In this document: positions 32,067 through 42,846 of the stretch, piece by piece
How the letters are laid out: every line of letters starts with the position of its first letter
Numbering within the stretch: position 1 is the stretch's first letter
Assembly (NCBI GenBank): GCA_963750165.1
Contig: CAVVPN010000003.1
Coordinates: 3,495,877-3,559,876 of the forward strand
DNA length: 64,000 nt
Direction: 5' to 3'
Source of the DNA: an uncultured Gemmataceae bacterium
Lineage (GTDB): Bacteria; Planctomycetota; Planctomycetia; Gemmatales; Gemmataceae
The notes under the pieces: model-generated
The model's database searches: none
The model's input: only the letters and a program-made list of their open reading frames with translations
Told to the model about the DNA's origin: nothing
Translations under genes and position numbers: made by a program

Positions 32067-33719
32067 ATGCCCCGACGTATCGCTGCCTGTCTCACCTGGT
32101 TCGCGGCGGCCCTGTGCGTGCTCGCCGTCCCCACCGTCGCCGGCGCTCAGCAAGCCACCTGGAAGGCCAGCGGCAAGAACGGCGCCGTCGCCTCCGGCGG
32201 TCCCGGCTCGGCCGACGCCGGCGTCATCATCCTCAAGCAGGGCGGCAACGCCGCGGACGCCGCCGTCGCCACCATCCTGGCGCTGTGCGTCACCGACGAC
32301 CCCATCTGCGTCTTCGGCGGCGAAGTGCCCATTGTCGTCTACAACGCGAAGCGCAAGAGCGTTGAAGTGCTGTGCGGCCTCGGCACCGCTCCGAAGCTGG
32401 CGACGCGCGATTACTTCGCCAAGATCGGCGGCATCCCCGGCAGTGGCGTGAAGCCGCCCGCGGTCCCCGCCACCATCGATGCCTGCCTGGTCTGCCTGGA
32501 ACGGCACGGCACCCTGACCTTTGGCCAGGTGGCGCAGCCGGCGCTGGCCCTGCTGGACAAACATCAGCAGAAATGGCACGCCGACATGGCCGTGACGCTG
32601 CGGCGTCTGATCGCGGCCGAGAAGGCGGAGCCCAACGACCGCATTCGCGGCCTGCGTCTGGTGGCCGACTACTTTTACCGCGGTCCCATTGCGAAGGAGC
32701 TGGACGCCTGGTTCCGCGCCAACGGCGGCCTGATCCGTTACAACGATCTGGCCACGCACGTCACGCGCATTGAGGATCCGGCCAGCGTCACCTACCGCGG
32801 CCACACCGTCTACAAATGCGGCGCCTGGAACCAGGGGCCGTACCTGCTGGAGACGCTGAAACTGCTGGAAGGCTTCGACCTCAAGGCGATGGGTCACAAC
32901 AGCGCCGACTACATCCATGTCTGTGCCGAGGCGCTGAAGCTCGGCCTGGCCGACCGCGACGTGTACTACGCCGACCCGCTGTTCGCGGACGTGCCGCTCA
33001 AGGAACTGCTCTCAACGAAGTACGCGGACCTGCGGCGGCCGCTGATCGACATGAAAAAAGCGTCGCAGGTGCAGCGGCCGGGCGACCCGCGCAACATGAA
33101 AGCGCTGCTGGACCAAACGATGAAAAACGGCCAGGGCGGCCCGAACAAGGACACGACGACCTGCGTGGTCGCGGACAAATGGGGCAACGTGGTGGCGGCG
33201 ACGCCGAGCGGCTTCGCCGGCGTCATGGCCGGTAAGACGGGCATCCGCTGTGGCTGCCGGCTGCAAAGTTTCAACACCTGGGAGGGCCATCCCAACTGCA
33301 TCGAGCCCGGCAAGCGGCCGCGCATCACCTTGACGCCGGGCCTGGTGTTCAAGGACGGCCGGCCCATCCTGGCGATCAGCTGCGCCGGCGGCGACGGCCA
33401 GGACCAGGCCTGTTTGCAGGGCATCCTGAGCAGCCTCGACTTCGGTCTGCGGCCGGAAGAGGTGGTGACGCGGCCGCGCTTCGGCACCGACCACTTCATG
33501 AGTTCGTTCAAGCAGGCGCCGCCGAAGCTCGGCAACCTGGTGCTGTCCAGGGCCTTCCCGGCCCAGGTCGCGCAGGACCTGGCGGCGCGCGGCCACAAGA
33601 TTCAGAACTTCGGCTCGTCGGCGAACACGCGGCTGTGTGTGCTGCGCATCTACCCTGAAACCGGCACCTTCGAGGCGGCCGGCGATCCCAACGGCCGGCG
33701 CACCGCCGCGGCGTATTAG
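32067..33719 (+). CDS. ggt: Gamma-glutamyltransferase family (Ntn hydrolase), secreted
   Basis: GGNAADAAVA, FYRGPIA, DTTTCVVADKWGN (Thr nucleophile), PGKRP, GGDGQ. Confidence 0.9.
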   Translation: MPRRIAACLTWFAAALCVLAVPTVAGAQQATWKASGKNGAVASGGPGSADAGVIILKQGGNAADAAVATILALCVTDDPICVFGGEVPIVVYNAKRKSVEVLCGLGTAPKLATRDYFAKIGGIPGSGVKPPAVPATIDACLVCLERHGTLTFGQVAQPALALLDKHQQKWHADMAVTLRRLIAAEKAEPNDRIRGLRLVADYFYRGPIAKELDAWFRANGGLIRYNDLATHVTRIEDPASVTYRGHTVYKCGAWNQGPYLLETLKLLEGFDLKAMGHNSADYIHVCAEALKLGLADRDVYYADPLFADVPLKELLSTKYADLRRPLIDMKKASQVQRPGDPRNMKALLDQTMKNGQGGPNKDTTTCVVADKWGNVVAATPSGFAGVMAGKTGIRCGCRLQSFNTWEGHPNCIEPGKRPRITLTPGLVFKDGRPILAISCAGGDGQDQACLQGILSSLDFGLRPEEVVTRPRFGTDHFMSSFKQAPPKLGNLVLSRAFPAQVAQDLAARGHKIQNFGSSANTRLCVLRIYPETGTFEAAGDPNGRRTAAAY

Positions 33720-33728
33720 CGCCTCTTC

Positions 33729-33758
33729 CGTGGGGCAGGCTTTCCAGCCTGCCCCACG
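33729..33758. repeat. REP-like palindrome (family E, contracted)
   Basis: CGTGGGGCAGGCTTTCCAGCCTGCCCCACG, identical to 52533-52562. Confidence 0.85.
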
Positions 33759-33810
33759 TTCAAATTTGTCGTTTCACGGTTCAACGGACACCTTTTGAGG
33801 ACTCGCTGCA

Positions 33811-35337
33811 ATGAAGAAGTGGTTGACGGGGCTGGCCGGCGGTATCGCCGCGCTGGCCGTTGTGTGTGTGCTGCCGGCCTGGACGCAGACGCCGGCCCTC
33901 AAGCTAACCCCCGCCCAGAAGAAGCTGCCAGTCAAGTTCGATCTGCGCAGCGTCAACGCGGTGACGCCGATCAAGTCGCAGCAGGGCGGCACCTGCTGGA
34001 CGCACGGCACCATGGCCGCCATCGAGAGCAACCTGCTCATCTCCGGCCGCTGGCAGGCGCTGAAGATGCCCGGCTACCCCGCCATGTCCGAGTACCATCT
34101 CGACTGGTGGAACGGCTTCAACAAGCACAAGAACCACGACATGACCGAGGCGGACAAGGGCAAGGCCGGCCTGACCGTCCACCAGGGCGGCGACTACCGC
34201 GTGGCGGCCGCCTACATCAGCCGCGGCGACGGCGTCGTGATGTGCCCGATGACCGCGGACAACAAGCCCGACACCAAGGGCTGGTACAAGGCGACGCCCA
34301 CCCACATGGACCCCAGCTGCAAGCGCTTCTACGTCCGCGACATCGAGTGGTTCGTCATCGGTGACAACCTTGAAGGCATTGACGCCATCAAGGAGCGCAT
34401 CATGAAGGAAGGGGCGATGGGCACCGCGTACACCGTGGGCGCCTTCATGTCGAAGGACTTTGTGCAGTACCAGCCGCTGGACAACAAGCGCAAGCCGAAC
34501 CACGCCGTCGCCATCGTCGGCTGGGACGACACCAAGATCGCCGCCGGCGACGATCCGAAGAAGGCCCCCAAACCGGGTGCCTGGCTCATGAAGAACAGCT
34601 GGGGTGAGAAGCGCATCAACAAGAAGACGAAGAAGGAGGCCCCGGTCGGCGAGAAAGGCTACATGTGGATTTCGTACTACGACAAGGTTTGCTGCCGCGA
34701 CCCCGAAATGGGCGCCGTCTCCTTCCGCAACATCGAGCCGCTGGCGTACCAGCACTTCTATTTCCACGACTACCACGGCTGGCGCGGCACGCTGAAGCAG
34801 TACCCCAAGGCGTTCAACGCCTACGTGGCCACGGGCAACCAGCTCATCAAGGCGGTGAGCTTCTACACCGCGGATAACAACGTCACCTACGAGGCCAAGA
34901 TTTACAAGCGCTTCGAGAACGGCCAGCTGGGCGAAGAGGTGGCGAGCAAGACCGGCACCATCGCGGTCAAGGGCTTCCACACCATCGACCTGGCCAAGGC
35001 GGTGCCGATCCAGAACAAGGAGAAGTTCTACGTCTACCTGCACCTGAACAAGGGCGGCCAGCCCATCGACCGCACCTCGGAGATCGAGGTGCTGCTGAAC
35101 CAGCAGAAGGTGGAGCAGCCGCCGGCCATCAAGAAGACCAGGGGGCCGAACGGCGGCCCGGTGGTCATCAGCAAGGCCAACCGTGGTGAGAGCTATTACC
35201 ACGACGGCGTCGCCTGGCGCGACCTGTACGACCATCGTTTCGACAACCCCGACTGGGCGACGTTTGACCACACGGCGAACTTCTGCATGAAGGCGCTGGC
35301 GGTCAACGCCGCCCCGGCCAAGGCCGTCTCCCCGTGA
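33811..35337 (+). CDS. Secreted papain-family (C1) cysteine protease with C-terminal lectin-like domain
   Basis: LPVKFDLR, QQGGTCW, NHAVAIVGWDD, KNSWG, GYMWISY. Confidence 0.92.
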   Translation: MKKWLTGLAGGIAALAVVCVLPAWTQTPALKLTPAQKKLPVKFDLRSVNAVTPIKSQQGGTCWTHGTMAAIESNLLISGRWQALKMPGYPAMSEYHLDWWNGFNKHKNHDMTEADKGKAGLTVHQGGDYRVAAAYISRGDGVVMCPMTADNKPDTKGWYKATPTHMDPSCKRFYVRDIEWFVIGDNLEGIDAIKERIMKEGAMGTAYTVGAFMSKDFVQYQPLDNKRKPNHAVAIVGWDDTKIAAGDDPKKAPKPGAWLMKNSWGEKRINKKTKKEAPVGEKGYMWISYYDKVCCRDPEMGAVSFRNIEPLAYQHFYFHDYHGWRGTLKQYPKAFNAYVATGNQLIKAVSFYTADNNVTYEAKIYKRFENGQLGEEVASKTGTIAVKGFHTIDLAKAVPIQNKEKFYVYLHLNKGGQPIDRTSEIEVLLNQQKVEQPPAIKKTRGPNGGPVVISKANRGESYYHDGVAWRDLYDHRFDNPDWATFDHTANFCMKALAVNAAPAKAVSP

Positions 35338-35361
35338 TGGCGCTGGACGATTTATAAGGAT

Positions 35362-35412
35362 CCCGCAGCGCCAGCAAGGGTTGGTATCGCTCCCCTTTGC
35401 TGGCGCTGCGGG
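35362..35412. repeat. REP-like palindrome (family B variant)
   Basis: CCCGCAGCGCCAGCAAGGG...CCTTTGCTGGCGCTGCGGG. Confidence 0.7.
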
Positions 35413-35463
35413 CTCGAATAAAAATCACGTCTTCCCTGACTCCCCCAAGGAACCACCCCCGTG

Positions 35464-38400
35464 ATGAAGCGCTTCCCCCTCGTCGCCGCATTGCTGGTCC
35501 TGTTGTCCCTGGCCGCGGCGTGCCCCGCCGCGCAGTCACCGGCCACGGTGGCCGAGAAAAGCAATTTCACCGCCACCACGAAGCACGTCGAGGTGGTCGA
35601 TTTCTGCCAGCGCCTGGCGAAACTGTCGCCGCTGGTGCGGCTGAGTGAGTTGGGGGTCAGTGGCGAGGGCCGCAAGCTGCCCATGCTCGTCGTCGCGGAC
35701 CCGCCCGTGGCCAGCGCCGCCGAGGCCAAAAAGAGCGGCAAACTCGTCGTGCTGCTGCTGGGCAACATCCACGCCGGCGAGGTGGACGGCAAGGAAGCCC
35801 TGCTGATGCTGGCCCGCGACCTGGCCACGGCCAAGGAACGGCCACTGCTCAAGAACCTGGTCCTGCTGGTCGTGCCCAACTTCAACCCGGACGGCGGCGA
35901 CAAACTGGCGAAGACCAACCGCCCCTGGCAGGCCGGCCCGCCCGAGGTTGGCACCCGCACCAACGCCCAGGGCTTCGACCTCAACCGCGATTTTGTCAAG
36001 CTCGAAAGCCCCGAGGTGCGGGCCCTCGTGCGCTGCCTCAACGAGTGGGACCCGGCCGTCGTCATCGACACGCACACCACCAACGGCTCCTACCACCGCT
36101 ACGCCATCACCTACGACGGTCCGCGGCACCCGGCCACCGACGCCCGGCTGTGTGACTTCGTGAACGACACCCTGCTGCCCGAAGTGGGCCGGCGCCTGGA
36201 AAAACAGGGCGGGAAAAAATCCTACTTCTACGGCAACCTCGTCCGCGGCAAAAAGGTGTGGGAGTCCTACCCGGCCCAGCCGCGCTATGGCGTGCAGTAC
36301 GTCGGCCTGCGGAACCGCATCGCCATTCTGTCGGAGTCGTATGTTTATGCCCCCTACCGGGACCGCGTCCTGGCCACGCGCGATTTCGTCCAGGCCTGCC
36401 TCGGCTACGCCGCCGACCACCGTGCCGCGATCCAGCAGCAGCTGCGCAACGCCGACCAGGCGACCGTCGCCGCCAGGGCCCCGGTGGCGCTGCGCCACAA
36501 GTTCGTCCCGCAGCCGAAACCGGTGACCATCCTCGCCCTGGAGGGCGGCAAGACGGCCGCCACCGGCAAGCCGCTCGACGTATCGGCGAACTACCTCGGC
36601 CGCGCAGCGGCCACGCTGAACGTGGCGCGACCGTTCGCCTACCTGCTGCCACCGCGGCCGAAAGTGCTGGACGCCCTGCAGCGGCACGGCGTCGTGGTGG
36701 AAGCGTTGCGCGCGGACCGGCCGGACCTGGCGGTGGAGGCGTACCGCATCGACAAGGTGACGCACGCCGGCAAGCCGTTCCAGGAGCACCGGTTGGCGGT
36801 CGTCGAGGCGACGGCGCGACAGCAGAAGCGGCGCATCGCGGCGGGCACCCTGGTCGTCCGCACGGCGCAACCGCTCGGTACGCTGGCGGCGTTCCTGCTG
36901 GAGCCGCAGTCCGAGGACGGCCTGTGTACCTGGAATTATTTCGACGGCGACCTCAAGGAAGGCGGCGACTATCCGGTCCTGCGCCTGCCCGCCGTGACGC
37001 CGTTGGTGACCGCGGTGGTCCCGGCGAAGCCAGAAGGTAAGCAGCCACCAAAAAAGCTCACCCCGGCTGCGCAGGCCGGACCGAACCTCAGCGGTTTCGA
37101 TGTCGCGCCGACCGCCCAGAAGGGCATGGGCAAGGGCGGCCTGACGGCGACCAGCCCCGACAAGAAACACGTGGCCTTCGTCCGCCAGAACAACCTGTAC
37201 GTCGCCGACGCCAACAACAAGAACGAGCGCCAGCTGACCAAGGATGGGGCGACGTACATTTACAACGGCAAGGCTGCCTGGGTGTACTACGAGGAGATCT
37301 ATAACCGCGCCGGCTACCGTGCCTTCTGGTGGTCGCCGGATTCCAAACACATCGCCTTCCTCCATTTCGACGAGACCAAGGTGCCGAAAGTGCCGATCCA
37401 CCACCACGTCGAGGGCCTGGACCAGTTCATCGAGAACATGCCCTACCCGCGCCGGCGAGCCGAACCCCAAGGTTAAGCTCGGCCTGGCCGCTGCCGAAAG
37501 TGGCACAGTCGCCTGGGTCGATCTGAAAGCCTATGACAAGGACGACATCCTCATCACCCGCGTCGATTGGTTCCCGGACGGCAAGACCGCCTACCTCTAC
37601 GTGCAGGACCGGGCACAGACCTGGCTCGACCTGTTAACGGTGCCCGCCGCCGGGGGCGTGCCGACCAAGTTGTTTCGCGACAGCACCAAGGCATACATTG
37701 ACGACCCGGGCAAGTTGAAATTTTTGAAGGACGGCACGTTCCTGATGTTCAGCGAGCGCACCGGCTACAAGCATCTGTACCACTACACCGCCGCCGGCAA
37801 ACTGCTGGGCACGGTCACCGCCGGCGACTGGCAGGTGCGCACCGTGCCCCTGATCGATGAGAAGAATGGTTGGGTTTATTTCACTGGCACCAAGGACGGC
37901 CATCTGGGCTCGAACCTGTACCGCGTCAAACTGGATGGCAGCGGCCTGAAACGTCTGACCGAGGGGGTTGGCACGCACAACGTCAAGATCGATCTCAGCG
38001 GCGAGACGTTCACCGATGTCTGGAGCAATCACAAAACGCCGCCGCAGACGCTGGTCTACAAGACGGACGGCACACTGATCTCCAGGGCGGAGGGCGGCGC
38101 GGTGAAGGGCAAGGGCAAGGGCGGCAAGGGCAAAAAGGGCGGCGGCAACGTGGAACTGGTGCAGATTCCGACGCCGGACGGCTTCACGCTCGACGCCATC
38201 ATCACCAGGCCGCCGAACTTCGACCCCACCAAGAAATACCCGGTCTGGGTCAAGACTTACGGCGGGCCGCACGCGCCGCAGGTCCGGGATGCCTGGGGCG
38301 TCGGTGACCCGGGCACGGCGGCGCAAGGGTACATCGTCTTCACGATCGACCCGCGCAGCGCCACCGCCCGCGGCGCCGCCGCCACCTGGACCGCCTACCG

Positions 38401-38905
38401 TCAACTGGGCGTGCAGGAGTTGAAGGACATCGAGACGGCGGTCAAGTGGCTGACCAAGAACCCGTGGGCGGACGCGGAGCGCGTCGGCATCAGCGGTTTC
38501 AGCTACGGCGGCTTCATGACGGCCTACGCGCTGACGCACAGCAAGCTGTTCGCCGCGGGCGTCGCCGGCGGTTCGGTGACCGACTGGCGCAACTACGACT
38601 CCATCTACACCGAGCGATACATGGACACGCCGCAGAAGAACCCCGACGGCTACAACAAGACGTCCGTGGTCAAGGCGGCGAAGGACCTGCACGGCAAACT
38701 GCTGCTGGTTCACGGCCTGATCGACGACAACGTGCATGCCCGCAACACGCTGCAACTGGCCGACGCGCTGCAGAAGGCCAACAAGGAATTCGAGATGATG
38801 TTGTACCCGCGCGACCGCCACGGCATCAGCAACGGCGGCGCCCACTTCCAGCGGCTGACCGCCGACTTCATGCGCCGCCACCTGCGGCCGGACGCCGGCA
38901 AGTAG
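35464..38905 (+). CDS. Secreted M14 zinc carboxypeptidase fused to S9B dipeptidyl peptidase IV (frameshift near 37450)
   Basis: NIHAGE, DLNRD, DTHTT (M14); WVYYEEI...WWSPD and YP-R-AGEPNP across the shift; GFSYGG, DDNVH, RHG (S9B triad). Confidence 0.85.
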
Positions 38906-38924
38906 CGGCCGCCAGGAGCGATCG

Positions 38925-38999
38925 GACAACGCGGACCCCGATTTATCGTTTTGCGCGGACTCTGCCCGCGCGAAACGATAAATCGGGGTCCGCGTTGTC
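38925..38999. repeat. Long inverted repeat (family F) between convergent genes
   Basis: GACAACGCGGACCCCGATTTATCGTTT...AAACGATAAATCGGGGTCCGCGTTGTC. Confidence 0.8.
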
Positions 39000-39012
39000 T
39001 GGGTGCCTGGCG

Positions 39013-39270
39013 TTACGGCGAAGCGCTCACCGCCAGGTCCACGATGGTGTACAGGATGACGCCGATGACGAAGATGCCGCTAATCAGCAGAACGATGGCG
39101 GAGGCGGCAACGCGGTCGTCGTGATGGAAGGAGTTCAGTTCCGCGTCGGTGAACGGCAGCGCCGCGTCGGCGTGATGGTCGTGCGCGTGGCCGGGGTCGG
39201 CGGTGATGTGCTCCGCGCCGTGGCTGTGACCCGGGGTGGCGGTAACGTGGGTGTCGGGGGGTTGTGACAT
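39013..39270 (-). CDS. Small membrane protein with His-rich N-terminus
   Basis: 85 aa, one C-terminal TM helix; upstream TTGACC-16 nt-TATGAT promoter-like site at 39319-39346. Confidence 0.7.
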   Translation of the reverse strand: MSQPPDTHVTATPGHSHGAEHITADPGHAHDHHADAALPFTDAELNSFHHDDRVAASAIVLLISGIFVIGVILYTIVDLAVSASP

Positions 39271-39445
39271 GGCAAGCGTCTCCGGGGTCGCGGACGGCGA
39301 AACTCGGGCTACCAGGGCATCATAAGAGGGCGGCGGCGGGGGTCAAGGTAGAACTCGCCTTGCGGCCCGGCGCGGCCAGCGATATAGCCGGCCCCGGGAC
39401 ACCGAGCGGCGCCGTTCGCCTTCATCCTGGCATGAGGCCAAACCC

Positions 39446-40609
39446 ATGCGACACCGCACCTGGGCCGGTTCGGTCGCCCTGGCGGCGCTGATTCTGCTGC
39501 TGCCCGGCACCCTCGCGGCGCAGGCCCCTGCCGATCCGCTGGGGCCGCCCGCACCGATTGATCAGGTCGCCGACCCGCTGCCGCCGCCCCCGCCGCCGCC
39601 CACGGATCAGCCGCCCCCGGCCGGCGGCGCCTCCACGAACGGCTCGGGACTACTGGATCCGACGCGCGTGCAGGCCGGCAGTTTCGCCACGCTGGCCGGG
39701 CCGATGGCCACCATGTTCAGCCCCATCGTCGGCAACATCCATCCCCGGCTCACTCTGGTTTTCCAGGGCGTGCCCGACCAGAACGTTGCCGTCCAGGGAA
39801 CCCGCCTGGGCTGGGTGAATCAGGACATGAACTTTATCGTGCCGCTTTACCAGGACAGTCACGACGAGTGGACGCTCAACGCTGGCGTGCGCGGCAACGA
39901 GTATCACACCGCCGGCACCATCCTGCCCAGCAGCAAGGTGCCGTTCCCCGACGATTTGTGGAGCGTCCGTCTGGGGGCAGGCTACCGCCACGCCTTCGCC
40001 AGCGGCTGGACGGCGGGGATCAACGTCGGGGTCGGCTCCGCCAGCGACCAGCCCTTCCACTCCATCCACGAGATGACCGAAAGCATCAGTGCCTTCGTGC
40101 GCATCCCCACCGGCGAGCGCAACGCCTGGCTGCTGTCGCTGAATTACTCGCCGACCAGCGAAATCCAGTATCCGCTGCCGGGCGTCGCCTACCTGTGTGC
40201 GCCGACGGAACAGATTGTCGCCGCCATCGGGTTGCCGCTGCTCGTGATGTACCGGCCGCTGAAAGACCTGTTCCTGACGTTCTCCTATGTGCCGATCCGC
40301 ACCATCCACGCCCAGGCGACCTACCGCATCTGGGGCCCGTGGCGGGCGTACCTCGCTTACAACTGGGGCAATGAGAGCTGGTTCCTGGCCGACCGGATGG
40401 ACGACCGCGAACGGCTGTTTTACTACGACCAGCGCGTGACGACGGGGCTGCAATGCAACCTGGCGACGTTCTGCGTCCTGGACATTTCCGGCGGCTACGC
40501 CTTCGACCGCTTCTTCTTCCAGGGTGTCGGCTCCACCGACCAGCACAACGACCGCGTGGACGTGGGCAACGGCTTCGTCGGGACGATTCGGGCGACGGTG
40601 CGGTGGTAG
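39446..40609 (+). CDS. Putative outer-membrane beta-barrel protein
   Basis: Signal peptide, Pro-rich linker, alternating amphipathic strands, C-terminal Trp (IRATVRW). Confidence 0.65.
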   Translation: MRHRTWAGSVALAALILLLPGTLAAQAPADPLGPPAPIDQVADPLPPPPPPPTDQPPPAGGASTNGSGLLDPTRVQAGSFATLAGPMATMFSPIVGNIHPRLTLVFQGVPDQNVAVQGTRLGWVNQDMNFIVPLYQDSHDEWTLNAGVRGNEYHTAGTILPSSKVPFPDDLWSVRLGAGYRHAFASGWTAGINVGVGSASDQPFHSIHEMTESISAFVRIPTGERNAWLLSLNYSPTSEIQYPLPGVAYLCAPTEQIVAAIGLPLLVMYRPLKDLFLTFSYVPIRTIHAQATYRIWGPWRAYLAYNWGNESWFLADRMDDRERLFYYDQRVTTGLQCNLATFCVLDISGGYAFDRFFFQGVGSTDQHNDRVDVGNGFVGTIRATVRW

Positions 40610-40617
40610 GCATTGGA

Positions 40618-40724
40618 AGGAATTCACCACAGAGAACACAGAGAGCGCAGAGACAAGACAATGAATTGATATTTCATTCATTGTCTTGTCTCTGCGCTCT
40701 CTGTGTTCTCTGTGGTGAATTCCT
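40618..40724. repeat. Long perfect hairpin (family C)
   Basis: 49-bp perfect arms starting AGGAATTCACCACAGAGAACACAGAG, between convergent genes. Confidence 0.9.
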
Positions 40725-40727
40725 CTT

Positions 40728-41150
40728 TCATTCCACCTGGACGGTCACCTTGAAGGTTTTGGCCGGCGCCTTGTCCTTCTCGAAGGGCCGCTTGTAGTGG
40801 AACTCCAGTTCGCTGGGGCCGGCGGCCTCGGCGGTGTAGCGGTAGACCTGTGTCACCTTGCCGCCCGGCTTCGGCTTCTCGGGCTTCTCCGTCACGTACT
40901 TGCCGACCTGCTTGAGCCTGTCCGTGCCGCCCTCCTTCGCCGGCACCCACAGGAAGCCGGTGCCGCCCTGCGTGGGCAGCTTCACCAGGACGGTGTCGCC
41001 CTTGCGCGCCTTGATCCGAGCATCCTTGTCTTTCTCGGTGATGACGACGGGCTTCTTGTCGCCCGCTCCCTGGTCGCCGATGGCAGCCGACGCCAGGGCC
41101 AGCCCGGTCAGCAGCAATCCCAGGCCGCGGACACACCACGTAGCAGTCAT
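40728..41150 (-). CDS. Chagasin-family (I42) cysteine protease inhibitor
   Basis: Signal peptide; LPTQGGTGFLW (variant of NPTTGY-W), PGG, YKRPFE loops. Confidence 0.8.
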   Translation of the reverse strand: MTATWCVRGLGLLLTGLALASAAIGDQGAGDKKPVVITEKDKDARIKARKGDTVLVKLPTQGGTGFLWVPAKEGGTDRLKQVGKYVTEKPEKPKPGGKVTQVYRYTAEAAGPSELEFHYKRPFEKDKAPAKTFKVTVQVE

Positions 41151-41237
41151 TGGTTGCACTCCTTGAGTTCTGGGAAGGAACCGCGCCATCGTAGGGACTG
41201 CGATGCGAGGAAGTCAAGGAAAAAGCTCACGGTAAAC

Positions 41238-41343
41238 AAATACCAATCACGAAAACACGAAAGAACGAAAACGCGAAAAAAGACCAATAAATAACAGGCT
41301 TTTTTCGCGTTTTCGTTCTTTCGCGTTTTCGTGATTGGTATTT
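41238..41343. repeat. Long hairpin (family C variant, CACGAAAACACGAAA)
   Basis: About 44-bp near-perfect arms AAATACCAATCACGAAAACACGAAAGAACG...CGTTCTTTCGCGTTTTCGTGATTGGTATTT. Confidence 0.85.
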
Positions 41344-41357
41344 ATTCCTTTCGTGGT

Positions 41358-41681
41358 TCAGCCCACTTCCAGCAGGACGCGCGCGTGGCTGAACTCGTTG
41401 TGCCCATGGTCGCAGGCGCGTTCGAGCCGGGCGTCGTCGGGGTGCCACAGCTGCTGTCGCAGCGCGGCCCGCAGTTCCAGGACGGCGACCTTCTCCGGCG
41501 TGCCCGGCAGAGCGGTCGTCGGCACCGGCATTGCGGCGCGGCCGTTGAAGTCGCTGACGCCGCGGCGGGCGAACTTGCTCGTGGACGGATACAGATCGCG
41601 GACGCCCGGCCGGTAGTAGCAGGACCAGCACAGGCCACGCGGACGGTTCGACTTCACCTTGTTGCAGTGCCGACACAGCAT
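41358..41681 (-). CDS. Small hypothetical protein with putative C4 zinc finger
   Basis: CRHC...LCWSC plus PTTALPGTPEKVAVL...LWHPDD; AGGAG ribosome-binding site. Confidence 0.75.
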   Translation of the reverse strand: MLCRHCNKVKSNRPRGLCWSCYYRPGVRDLYPSTSKFARRGVSDFNGRAAMPVPTTALPGTPEKVAVLELRAALRQQLWHPDDARLERACDHGHNEFSHARVLLEVG

Positions 41682-41746
41682 GGGAAACTCCTTTTGAAGA
41701 CCCGACTCGGTTTTTGAAAAGGGTGTTGGTTGCGGTGAAGGACGGT

Positions 41747-42004
41747 TCAGGCCGCCGACGGCACGGCCGCACCGGGACTCACGAACGAAACCCAGAGCGG
41801 CTCGGGAATGCCCGCCGGCGCGGCCAGCTGGGTCGTCTGCGGCTTCACGGGTTTGCGGTACTGGATCTCGATCCGGTGGTTTTGTGGTTGCCGCCAGCCG
41901 GAGCGAACCCAGCCGTCGGCGTACTGCCGCGCTTCGTCCCGGGTGTCGAAAATCCTGCGGTGAACACGGCCAGTGTTGATGTTCGAGATGATGGCTTCAA
42001 ACAC
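41747..42004 (-). CDS. Small hypothetical protein
   Basis: GTG start at 42004 after AGAAAGGA; FEAIISNINTGRVHRRIFDTRDEARQYAD. Confidence 0.55.
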   Translation of the reverse strand: MFEAIISNINTGRVHRRIFDTRDEARQYADGWVRSGWRQPQNHRIEIQYRKPVKPQTTQLAAPAGIPEPLWVSFVSPGAAVPSAA

Positions 42005-42102
42005 GTTCAGGTTCCTTTCTGAGTTAGCTTTTCTCTGCCTGTCCCCTGATCGCCTCGCTGCCCTTCTCCTCCGTCCCGCTACCCGATTGCTGTTCGCGCG
42101 GC

Positions 42103-42531
42103 TCACGCGGCCGCGGTTTCGTCGAACGTAATGCCCTGGGCCGCGGCCCGCCGCTGCGCCAGCGTGCGCGTGACCTCGGCCAGCAACTCGCGCCGCACTT
42201 CCTCCCGCGGTGTCTCGTCGAACCAGTTCAGGAAGTAACGGCACGCGGCCGGTTCCCCCAGCGCCTGATCGACCTCGAAACACACCTGGGCGAAATACTC
42301 CTCCACCTCGCCGACCGTCTGCAGGCCATCGCCCTGCCAGCCGCAGTAGCCGACCACGCAGGCGCCCTCGACCGCCCAGTCCTGCACACACATCAGTGGC
42401 GGCGGGCTCGTCGTCGCGCCCTGCAGCAGCCGTTCGTCGTCGCTCAACAACGCCTGCTGCAACGCCTCCAGGCCCGCCGTTGTCAACTGACTCGCGATCC
42501 CGTTCCGCCACACCATGCGCCAGGTTTCCAT
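42103..42531 (-). CDS. Cys/Trp-rich hypothetical protein
   Basis: METWRMVWRNG...QGATTSPPPLMCVQDW...CVVGYCGW...CRYFLNWFD; GGGAG ribosome-binding site; typical GC3 bias. Confidence 0.8.
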   Translation of the reverse strand: METWRMVWRNGIASQLTTAGLEALQQALLSDDERLLQGATTSPPPLMCVQDWAVEGACVVGYCGWQGDGLQTVGEVEEYFAQVCFEVDQALGEPAACRYFLNWFDETPREEVRRELLAEVTRTLAQRRAAAQGITFDETAAA

Positions 42532-42598
42532 GATTCTGCTCCCGTGGATTGTGCGTTTGTGAGTCCGTTGTCGAGGCTCATTCATCTCCACATTGGTA

Positions 42599-42627
42599 AG
42601 TATATTTTTGTCCATTCTGTTTGTCAA
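42599..42627 (-). promoter_or_regulatory. Near-consensus sigma70 promoter with AT-rich upstream tract
   Basis: TTGACA-17 nt-TATACT on the minus strand, with about 100 bp of very AT-rich DNA upstream. Confidence 0.8.
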
Positions 42628-42782
42628 CTGTTTTTTCAAATAATTTTCTATTATTATTTCATTTATCGTTTTTATTGTTTGTTTACGACATCGAAAACTT
42701 GTGTTAATACGGTTTTATTAGACTTTATTGGTTATCCGTGCGGATTCTTGTGGAGTGGCAAACCGCGGCAGTGCGGCGGTGG

Positions 42783-42819
42783 AAAAAAGCAAGGCCCGCG
42801 GAGAGTGCTCCGCGGGCCT
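42783..42819 (-). terminator. Intrinsic terminator
   Basis: AGGCCCGCGGAG-loop-CTCCGCGGGCCT followed by TGCTTTTTT on the minus strand, just after 42847. Confidence 0.75.
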
Positions 42820-42846
42820 GATGGATTGGCGTAAGTTGAAGGAAAT

